This document shows, piece by piece, positions 41,314 to 48,505 of a stretch of DNA of 51,030 nucleotides. The DNA is taken from assembly GCA_013698185.1 (NCBI GenBank), contig JACCVL010000044.1:1-51030 (forward strand). Reading direction: 5' to 3'. How positions within the stretch are numbered: position 1 is the stretch's first letter; each line of letters starts with the position of its first letter. The translations under genes were made by a program, and so were the position numbers. Below the pieces are notes generated by a model. It was not told the DNA's origin. It saw only the letters and a program-made list of their open reading frames with translations, and ran no database searches. This stretch comes from Nocardioidaceae bacterium (GTDB lineage Bacteria > Actinomycetota > Actinomycetes > Propionibacteriales > Nocardioidaceae).

Positions 41314-42516
41314 ATGACCAAGGCCACGACGTCCGATCCCGCAGCGCTGTCTGCCGAGCCCTACGACGCGCTGCTGCTGGTCTCCTTCGGTGGGCCGGAG
41401 GGGCCGGACGACGTGCTGCCGTTCCTGGAGAATGTGACCCGCGGCCGCGGCATCCCCCGCGAACGGCTGGTCGAGGTGGGTGCGCACTACCACCGCTTCG
41501 GCGGCCGCAGCCCGATCAACGACCAATGCCGGGCCCTGCTGGCAGCCGTGCGAGCCGACCTGGTCGCCCACGACGTCGACCTGCCGGTCTACTGGGGCAA
41601 CCGCAACTGGGATCCGTACCTTGCCGAGGCCCTGACACAGATGCAGCGCGACGGCGTGCGGCGCGCCGCCTGCTTCGTCACCAGTGCGTACTCGTCGTAC
41701 TCGGGGTGCCGGCAGTACCGCGAGAACCTCTTCGACGCAGTCACCGACGTGCAGGCGGCCGGTGCGGGGGCACCTCGGCTAGACAAGCTGCGGCACTACT
41801 ACAACCATCCCGGCTTCGTCGCGCCGTTCGTCACCGCCACCGTCGACGCCCTGCATCGCCTCGCTGCGCAGGGTCACGACGGACCCGACCGGGTGCGGCT
41901 GGCCTTCGTCACCCACTCCATCCCCGCGGCCATGAGCGAGGGCAGCGGGCGCTCGTCGGCCATCGACGGCGACGCCTACGTGCGCCAACACGATGAGGCG
42001 GCGCGGCTGGTGTCCGACGGGGTGGCGGAGGTGACCGGAGAGCGGTTCGCCCATGACGTGGTCTTCTGCTCGCGCTCCGGCCCACCGCAGATGCGGTGGC
42101 TCGAGCCCGACATCAACGACCATCTGGTGGCGCTGACCGGCGCGGCGGGGCCTGATGGGGTGAGCGGTGTCGTGGTGGTGCCGATCGGCTTCGTCTCCGA
42201 TCACATGGAGGTCGTCTACGACCTCGACACCGAGGCAGCCGAGACCGCGGCGAGTCTCGGCCTGGGCTTCGTGCGCGTGCCCACCCCGGGTATCGCCCCG
42301 CGCTTCGTCGCGATGGTGCGCGAGCTCCTGCTGGAACGTGCGGCCAACGAGACCGGCGCGCAGACCCCACGCGCTGCCCTGGGAGGGCTGGGGCCGTCAT
42401 GGGATGTCTGTCCGGCCGAGTGCTGCCCGAACCTGCGTGGGGCACGCCCGGCGCTGTGCGAGGTCGACTCCGCCCGGCCCGTGAGTCAGCCGATAACCCA
42501 GCCGGTGACGTCATGA
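41314..42516 (+). CDS. hemH: (Coproporphyrin) ferrochelatase, actinobacterial type with a C-terminal Cys cluster
   Basis: 400 aa from MTKATTSDP. LLVSFGGPEGPDDVLPFLENV and HSIPAAM. The Cys-rich tail WDVCPAECCPN is consistent with the [2Fe-2S] variant. Confidence 0.9.
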   Translation: MTKATTSDPAALSAEPYDALLLVSFGGPEGPDDVLPFLENVTRGRGIPRERLVEVGAHYHRFGGRSPINDQCRALLAAVRADLVAHDVDLPVYWGNRNWDPYLAEALTQMQRDGVRRAACFVTSAYSSYSGCRQYRENLFDAVTDVQAAGAGAPRLDKLRHYYNHPGFVAPFVTATVDALHRLAAQGHDGPDRVRLAFVTHSIPAAMSEGSGRSSAIDGDAYVRQHDEAARLVSDGVAEVTGERFAHDVVFCSRSGPPQMRWLEPDINDHLVALTGAAGPDGVSGVVVVPIGFVSDHMEVVYDLDTEAAETAASLGLGFVRVPTPGIAPRFVAMVRELLLERAANETGAQTPRAALGGLGPSWDVCPAECCPNLRGARPALCEVDSARPVSQPITQPVTS

Positions 42517-43322
42517 GTGCCGATCCGCTGGCCCTGCGCGACGTCGCGGTGACGGTGGCTCGGGAGGCGGCAGGCTGGCTGCGCGCGCACCGCCCGGCTG
42601 GCCGAGTGCCGGTCAGCGCGACCAAGTCCAGCCCTACTGACCCCGTCACCGCCTTCGATACAGCCGTGCAGCGGCTGCTCAGCGACCGGTTGCGGGTGCT
42701 GCGTCCCGGTGACGGCTTCATCGGCGAGGAGGGTCTGGACGAGCCGGGGGAGTCCGGCGTCGTCTGGGTCCTCGACCCGATCGACGGCACGGTCAACTTC
42801 ATGTACGGCCTGCCGGCCCATGCGGTGTCGGTTGCGGCCCAGGAGGGCGCGACGGTCCTCGCCGGCTGCGTCGTGGATGTGGTGTCGGGTGAGGAGTTCG
42901 CGGCCGCGCTCGGTCACGGCGCCACCAGCCGCCGACCGAACGCCGTCGAGCCGGTGCGTCTGCAGGTGCCGCCCGCGCCGCACCTGGGCCAGGCCCTGGT
43001 GGCGACCGGGTTCTCCTACGACCTGGACACCCGGATGCGCCAGGCGTCCGCCGTGGGCGCGTTGCTGGCAGAGGTGCGCGACATCCGGCGTTTCGGTGCG
43101 GCCTCGCTGGACCTGTGCGCGGTGGCGTGTGGCCGCGTCGACGCCTACGTCGAGGAGGGGCTGCAGCCGTGGGATCTGGCCGCCGGTCGGCTGGTGGCCG
43201 AGGAGGCCGGTGCCGTCGTCACCGGCGCGGCCGGTCAGCCCCCGGGTGAGCGGTTGGTGCTCGTCACTCTCCCCGCGCTGCTGACCCCCCTGTTGGAGCT
43301 GGTCGAGCGGTGCGGTTTCTAG
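42513..43322 (+). CDS. suhB: Inositol monophosphatase family protein
   Basis: The ATG overlaps the hemH stop (ATGA). Motifs FIGEEG and WVLDPIDGTVNFMYG. Confidence 0.88.
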   Translation: MSADPLALRDVAVTVAREAAGWLRAHRPAGRVPVSATKSSPTDPVTAFDTAVQRLLSDRLRVLRPGDGFIGEEGLDEPGESGVVWVLDPIDGTVNFMYGLPAHAVSVAAQEGATVLAGCVVDVVSGEEFAAALGHGATSRRPNAVEPVRLQVPPAPHLGQALVATGFSYDLDTRMRQASAVGALLAEVRDIRRFGAASLDLCAVACGRVDAYVEEGLQPWDLAAGRLVAEEAGAVVTGAAGQPPGERLVLVTLPALLTPLLELVERCGF

Positions 43323-43359
43323 TCGGGCAGGGCCGGTGAGCACCGCTTCATCGCAGCCG

Positions 43360-43385
43360 GGAATGTCCGGCTGCACCGGGCTGTT
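43360..43385 (+). promoter_or_regulatory. Candidate ECF (SigR/SigH-type) promoter GGAAT-N18-GTT upstream of the DUF4193 gene
   Basis: GGAAT at 43360-43364, an 18-nt spacer, and GTT at 43383-43385. This implies a ~190-nt leader before the ATG at 43582. Confidence 0.35.
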
Positions 43386-43581
43386 GTGGCCGCTGCACCG
43401 TCTTGACGCACACCGCAGCATGGCTGTGTCAGGAGTCGCATCGTCCGCGGTCGAGCCCACCGTGTTAATGGGCGGCGGATGAGGCACAATCGGCGCGCTA
43501 CCCGGGGAATCTCGGGGCAGAAACACCGTGCGGTGCCGCTGGGCCCCGCACACGACAGCGACTCGAGGAACCCGGACTGAC

Positions 43582-43881
43582 ATGGCCACCGACTACGACG
43601 CACCGCGCAAGACCGAAGAAGACACCAACGAAGACAGCATCGAAGAGCTGAAGTCGCGCCGGCACGACAAGAACTCCGGCAAGGTCGACGAAGACGAGGT
43701 TGAGGCAGCGGAGGCTTTCGAGCTGCCGGGTGCCGACCTGTCCCACGAGGAGCTCGCCGTCCAGGTGCTGCCCAAGCAGACCGACGAGTTCACCTGCGCC
43801 TCGTGCTTCTTGGTGCACCACCGCAGCCAGCTCGCCAACCAGGGCAAACACGGACCGATCTGCCGCGACTGCGCCGCCTGA
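43582..43881 (+). CDS. DUF4193-family protein
   Basis: 99 aa from MATDYDAPRKTEEDT. The acidic N-terminus and C-terminal CASCFLVHHRSQL...CRDC zinc-ribbon-like motif are characteristic of the family. Confidence 0.8.
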   Translation: MATDYDAPRKTEEDTNEDSIEELKSRRHDKNSGKVDEDEVEAAEAFELPGADLSHEELAVQVLPKQTDEFTCASCFLVHHRSQLANQGKHGPICRDCAA

Positions 43882-43885
43882 GCGT

Positions 43886-44251
43886 TTATTTTTCGATCGG
43901 GTCCATGTTGGGTGGCAGGTGACCGGTCGAGCGCACCCAGTACTGGGCGGTCTTGCGGCTGACCGCGACCTTGACCAGCTCGGCGGTCACGCCCGACAGC
44001 ACCGCCCACATGATGGCCTCGCGCACGTCGACGTCGGGGTGCTCTGGTGACGCCGGTGCCTTCTTGCGGGTGGCCAACTGCCACAGCCGGCGCGTCAGCT
44101 GCAGGGTGAGCACCCCGGACAGCACCGTCGCGCCCCTGCTGTAGACCTTCCACAACTGCTTGGAACCCCTGCTCGCCGTGCGGGTCGCGCCGGCATCCTG
44201 GGCCTCCTCGATCGGGTCGTCCGAGGTCGTCTTCACCTTGCGCGCCACCAC
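43886..44251 (-). CDS. DUF4235-family protein
   Basis: 121 aa. KQLWKVYSRGATVLSGVL...AIMWAVLSGV pattern. Conserved neighbour of DUF4193/dut. Confidence 0.7.
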   Translation of the reverse strand: MVARKVKTTSDDPIEEAQDAGATRTASRGSKQLWKVYSRGATVLSGVLTLQLTRRLWQLATRKKAPASPEHPDVDVREAIMWAVLSGVTAELVKVAVSRKTAQYWVRSTGHLPPNMDPIEK

Positions 44252-44306
44252 ACCGCTCCCGTCAGTCAGTCACCGCTGGTCGGCCATCCAAGTGGCCGTC
44301 GCGTGG

Positions 44307-44798
44307 TCATCGTGCCCTATGCGCATCGCCTGCCGGCGCGGACCGTGCCGCCTGCGCCGCCGCCGCAACCCGCCCGGGGTGCCGTGCCGAGATCAACCAG
44401 TACGGCGTGGGGTCACCGGGATCAGTCAGCTCGACGCGTACCCCGCTGCTGATCCAGGGTCGCAGCACCAGGAACGCCCGGGCGTCCGCGCCGGCGCCGC
44501 GCAGCTCACGCGTGGCTGCTGGGCCGAGCGGGGTGATCGCGCCGCACATCGTCAGCGGCACGTGGGCCCGGCCGGCGACGACCTCGCCCCCGCGCACGCC
44601 CACCGGCACCGCCCCGGCCACGACAAGCCCACCAACGACCACCCCGGCCGCGGCGAAGGTCCCGATGGCTGTGACCGACGGTGGTGTCGACACCACCAGC
44701 ACCAGCCACACCGCTGCCACCAGCAGGACCGCCAGCGCCCACCAGGTCACCGACGCCCAGAGTCGTTCGACGTGCGTGGCTGGGTCGGGATCGGACAC
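44307..44798 (-). CDS. DUF3093-family membrane protein
   Basis: 163 aa. Two N-terminal TM segments, then the PYWLIS motif. Divergent from dut, as in other actinobacteria. Confidence 0.7.
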   Translation of the reverse strand: MSDPDPATHVERLWASVTWWALAVLLVAAVWLVLVVSTPPSVTAIGTFAAAGVVVGGLVVAGAVPVGVRGGEVVAGRAHVPLTMCGAITPLGPAATRELRGAGADARAFLVLRPWISSGVRVELTDPGDPTPYWLISARHPGRVAAAAQAARSAPAGDAHRAR

Positions 44799-44833
44799 CC
44801 CACCAGCCTGCCACGCCGACTAGGGTCGCGGCC

Positions 44834-45307
44834 GTGACCGAGCCACAGATCCTCGTCCAGCGCCTCGACAGCGAGGTGCCGCTGCCCGCCTACGCGCACG
44901 ACGCCGACGCCGGCGCCGACCTCGTCACCACCCGCGACGTCGTGCTTGAGCCGGGGGAGCGCGAGGTTGTGCCGACCGGGATCGCACTGGCCCTGCCGGT
45001 GGGATACGCCGGGTTCGTGCATCCCCGCTCCGGGTTGGCCGCCCGCGTCGGGCTGTCGATCGTCAATGCACCGGGCACGATCGACGCCGGTTACCGCGGC
45101 GAGGTCAAGGTCTGCCTCGTCAACCTCGACCGGCGCCGGACCGTCCGGTTGAGTCGCGGGGACCGTATTGCCCAGCTCGTGGTGCAGCGGATCGAGCGGG
45201 CCAGCTTCGTGGCGGTGGAGGGGTTGCCGGAGTCGGTGCGTGGCGCCGGCGGCTACGGTTCGACGGGGGGCTTCGCCGCTCCCGGCATCGACAACGAGGA
45301 GCACTGA
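44834..45307 (+). CDS. dut: dUTP diphosphatase
   Basis: 157 aa from GTG ([12 protein letters not shown]). Motifs [21 protein letters not shown] and RIAQLV. Confidence 0.93.
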   Translation: MTEPQILVQRLDSEVPLPAYAHDADAGADLVTTRDVVLEPGEREVVPTGIALALPVGYAGFVHPRSGLAARVGLSIVNAPGTIDAGYRGEVKVCLVNLDRRRTVRLSRGDRIAQLVVQRIERASFVAVEGLPESVRGAGGYGSTGGFAAPGIDNEEH

Positions 45308-45996
45308 TGTTCGGCCGTCGGAAGCGTCCAGGCGCCGTGGAGCCGGCAGTCGAGTCCAGCCCCGGCCCGGCCACGCCGGCCACCCGCGCCTCGCAGCGAG
45401 CGTCCGGTCGCGGCACCGACACCGGTCCCTGGGACTCCGCCGAGGTCGACCTGGGAGAAGCAACCATGGACCGGGTCGATCTCGGCGGCCTGCTGGTGGC
45501 GGGCGTCGAGGGTGTCGAACTGCGCCTGCAGGCCGACCAGGAGACCGGAACGGTGACGGCGGTGCTGCTCGCCGGACCGGACGGCGGCCTGGAGTTGCGG
45601 GCGTTCGCCGCCCCCAAGTCGGGCGGGCTGTGGACCGACCTGAGGCGCGAGATCGGCGCCGAGGCGACCCGCCTGGGCGGCACCGTGGACGAGGAGGAAG
45701 GGTTACACGGCCCGCAGCTGCGGTTGAAGGTCCCGGTCCGGACCCCCGACGGCCACCAGGGCGTGCAGGCCTCGCGGGTGGTGGCGGTCGAGGGCCCGCG
45801 CTGGCTGCTCCGGGGGACGTTCTGGGGCCAGGCGGTGGAGGACGACCGCCCGGAGGCCGCGTTGGAGCAGGCGCTGCGTGCCGTGGTCGTCGTACGCGGC
45901 ACCGAACCGATGTCGCCGCGGCAGCCGCTGCCGCTGCGGTTACCGCCGGAGGCCCGGACGGTCACCGGTGCAGAAGCCGGCGGCGACGTTTCCTAG
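45307..45996 (+). CDS. DUF3710-family protein
   Basis: 229 aa. The ATG shares one base with the dut stop (TGATG). GPWDSAEV...DLGGLLV is typical of the family. Confidence 0.7.
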   Translation: MFGRRKRPGAVEPAVESSPGPATPATRASQRASGRGTDTGPWDSAEVDLGEATMDRVDLGGLLVAGVEGVELRLQADQETGTVTAVLLAGPDGGLELRAFAAPKSGGLWTDLRREIGAEATRLGGTVDEEEGLHGPQLRLKVPVRTPDGHQGVQASRVVAVEGPRWLLRGTFWGQAVEDDRPEAALEQALRAVVVVRGTEPMSPRQPLPLRLPPEARTVTGAEAGGDVS

Positions 45997-46036
45997 TCCC
46001 GGCGCTCTGGCTGGCTCGTCAGCGTAGGCTTGAGCC

Positions 46037-46429
46037 ATGGCCACAGCACACCCGGACGGGGAACCTCGGGAGCAAGGTTTCTGGCAGCGCGCCAAGGAGC
46101 GGCTGTCGGGCGGTCAGCAGGCACGAGACGTCGCCGACCGCAAGGCTGAGGTGGCGGGGGCCGGCGCGCGCGAGATCGCAGTGCACGGCGACCGTGACGT
46201 CTGCACCCTGCACGGCACGCTGCGTCAGGTCACGGTACGTCCGCACGGGGGCGTGGCGGCGCTCGAGGCCGAGCTGTACGACGACTCCGGCAGCGTGACC
46301 CTGATCTGGCTGGGCCGGCGCCGCATCGCCGGTATCGCCTGCGGCCGCGAGCTGACGGTGCATGGCCGTCTGGGTTGCTCCGACGGCCAGCGCCGGCTGT
46401 TCAACCCGCGCTACGAGCTCAGCCCGTGA
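46037..46429 (+). CDS. OB-fold nucleic-acid-binding domain protein
   Basis: 130 aa. GTLRQVTVRP...LEAELYDDSGSVTLIWLGRRRIAGI...L.V.G pattern. Conserved position between DUF3710 and DUF3159. Confidence 0.65.
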   Translation: MATAHPDGEPREQGFWQRAKERLSGGQQARDVADRKAEVAGAGAREIAVHGDRDVCTLHGTLRQVTVRPHGGVAALEAELYDDSGSVTLIWLGRRRIAGIACGRELTVHGRLGCSDGQRRLFNPRYELSP

Positions 46430-47130
46430 GCCAACCCGCCCCGACCGGTTCGATGCCGGAGACCGCCGCGGGAGCCGCCCCGGCCGCGTACGAGACCGTC
46501 GAGCAACTCGTCCGGGCCCAGCTGTCCAAGGCGCTGGGCGGCAAGCGCGGGATGGTCGAGGGCGCCTTGCCCACGATCACCTTCACCCTCGCGTGGGTGG
46601 TCGGCCGTGACCTGCGGGTGGCACTGTCGCTCGGGGCCGGGCTCGCCGGCGTGCTGCTGGTCGTGCGCCTCGTCCAGCGCCAGACGCCGCAGTTCGTCCT
46701 CAACGCCATCGTGGGCATCGCGATCGCCGCGGTCTTCGCACTGCGCAGCGGCGAGGCGCAGGACGCCTTCCTGCCCGGCATCATCTACAACGCCGGCTAT
46801 GCGGCACTCATGGTGGGGTCGGTGCTCATCAGATGGCCGTTGGTGGGCTTCGTCATCGGCAGCGTCACCGGGGACCCGACGAGCTGGCGGTCCGACACCG
46901 GTCTGGTGCGCCTGTGTGGGCGACTGACGCTGCTGCTGGCCGTGCCGTGCGTGCTGCGGGTCGCGGTGCAGTACCCGCTGTGGCTCGGCGGTGAGGAAAT
47001 GGTCGCCTGGCTCGGCGCTGCCAAGATCGCCCTCGGCTGGCCCCTGCAGGTCGCCGCTCTTGCGTCGATGGTCTGGCTGCTCAGCAGGAACGCGACGCCA
47101 CTCGTCCCGCAGCAGGCGGCAGCCGCGTAG
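46426..47130 (+). CDS. DUF3159-family membrane protein
   Basis: The GTG start overlaps the upstream stop (GTGA). 234 aa with ~5 TM segments. Confidence 0.7.
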   Translation: MSQPAPTGSMPETAAGAAPAAYETVEQLVRAQLSKALGGKRGMVEGALPTITFTLAWVVGRDLRVALSLGAGLAGVLLVVRLVQRQTPQFVLNAIVGIAIAAVFALRSGEAQDAFLPGIIYNAGYAALMVGSVLIRWPLVGFVIGSVTGDPTSWRSDTGLVRLCGRLTLLLAVPCVLRVAVQYPLWLGGEEMVAWLGAAKIALGWPLQVAALASMVWLLSRNATPLVPQQAAAA

Positions 47131-47139
47131 TCCACGACA

Positions 47140-47817
47140 TCAGCTCCCCGGCGGGTGTTCGACCGGGGCCAGCAGCCGGGCGATCTCGTCCTCGTGCTCC
47201 TCACTGGCCACCAGCAGCAGCTCGTCGGCCGACTCCAGCGACCGGTCCGGCTCCGGGGTCAAGATGCCACCGTCGCGCAGGATGGCGACGGGCACGGCAT
47301 CCACGGGCCACGGGACGTCGCGCAGGAGCGTGCCCACGTACGGGGAGTCGCCGGGCAGCGTGATCTCCACCAGGTTGGCGGTACTGGTGCGGAAGGTGAA
47401 CAAGCGCACGAGGTCGCCGACTGAGACGGCCTCCTCGACCAACGCCGCCATCAGCCGCGGGGTGGACACGAGGACGTCCACCCCCCAGGACTCGGTGAAC
47501 AGCCATTCGTTGGCCGGGTGGTTGACCCGCGCGACGGTTCGCGGCACCGCGAACTCGGTCTTGGCCAGCAACGAGACGACCAGGTTGACCTTGTCGTCCC
47601 CGGTCGCCGCCACGACCACGTCGCATCTGTGCAGCCCCGCCTCTTCCAGGCTCGACAGCTCGCAGGCATCGGCGAGCAGCCACTCGGCGTCGGCCACCGA
47701 CTTCGACCGGATGACGCGCGGGTCCTTGTCGACCAGCAGCACCTCGTGGCCGTTGTCGAGCAGCTCGCGGGCGACCGATCGGCCCACAGCGCCCGCGCCG
47801 GCGATCGCCACCCGCAT
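47140..47817 (-). CDS. trkA: TrkA-family RCK protein (NAD-binding N domain + RCK_C), CeoC-like
   Basis: 225 aa. Rossmann MRVAIAGAGAVGRSVARELL. The ATG shares one base with the upstream trkA stop. Confidence 0.88.
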   Translation of the reverse strand: MRVAIAGAGAVGRSVARELLDNGHEVLLVDKDPRVIRSKSVADAEWLLADACELSSLEEAGLHRCDVVVAATGDDKVNLVVSLLAKTEFAVPRTVARVNHPANEWLFTESWGVDVLVSTPRLMAALVEEAVSVGDLVRLFTFRTSTANLVEITLPGDSPYVGTLLRDVPWPVDAVPVAILRDGGILTPEPDRSLESADELLLVASEEHEDEIARLLAPVEHPPGS

Positions 47818-48479
47818 CAGATCTCCCCCGGTCCAGCCGCTAGCCGCTCGGCCACGGCGGCGCTGTCGGCCTCGAGCTGGAAGGTGGTCAACAGGTCACC
47901 TGCCTGGATGACGGTGTGCGGGGACGGAATCTGACCGGCGCCGAGCCGCGTCAGGTAGGCCACCCGGGCGCCGGCCTGCTCTTGCAGCTGGTCGATGGTG
48001 GTGCCTACCCAACTGTCCGGTGCGGGGATCTCGTCGACCCGGATCGACCCGGAGGGATCTCGCCACAACGGCTCCTCGCCCTCGGGCAGCAGGCGGCGCA
48101 GCACCCGGTCGGCGGCCCAGGTGACGGTGGCAACGGTCGGGATCCCCAACCGCTCATAGACCTCGGCGCGGCCAGGGTCGTAGATGCGTGCGACCACGTT
48201 GGAGATGCCGAACTGCTCGCGGGCCACCCGCGCCGAGATGATGTTGGAGTTGTCCCCGCTCGACACCGCGGCGAATGCCCCTGCGCTCTCGATGCCGGCT
48301 GCCAATAAGACGTCTCGGTCGAAGCCCACGCCGTCCACTGTGGCGCCGGTGAAAGACGGGCCGAGGCGACGGAACGCCTCGGGGTTGCTGTCGATAATCG
48401 CCACGGTGTGGCTGCGGAGCTCGAGGTTGTGCGCAAGCGTCGAGCCGACGCGGCCACACCCCATGATCACAACGTGCAC
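47817..48479 (-). CDS. trkA: TrkA-family RCK protein, CeoB-like
   Basis: Rossmann VHVVIMGCGRVGSTLAHNL. The start is GTG 48479 or ATG 48497; the upstream part of the 275-aa ORF is Arg/Cys-rich and overlaps the divergent gene. Confidence 0.85.
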   Translation of the reverse strand: MHVVIMGCGRVGSTLAHNLELRSHTVAIIDSNPEAFRRLGPSFTGATVDGVGFDRDVLLAAGIESAGAFAAVSSGDNSNIISARVAREQFGISNVVARIYDPGRAEVYERLGIPTVATVTWAADRVLRRLLPEGEEPLWRDPSGSIRVDEIPAPDSWVGTTIDQLQEQAGARVAYLTRLGAGQIPSPHTVIQAGDLLTTFQLEADSAAVAERLAAGPGEI

Positions 48480-48505
48480 AATCGACGACGCTAGCATCGC
48501 CGCTC

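Noticed and set aside
43506-43531. Third GGAAT in the DUF4193 leader.
   Set aside because: It is followed by GTG at N17 and TGC at N18, not by GTT, so it does not match the ECF consensus.
43319-43603. 94-aa minus-strand ORF covering the suhB/DUF4193 intergenic region, and a 20-aa plus-strand ORF (ATG at 43411).
   Set aside because: The composition is Arg/Cys-rich, typical of the wrong frame. There is no RBS, the minus-strand ORF overlaps the DUF4193 start, and the third-position bias is weak.
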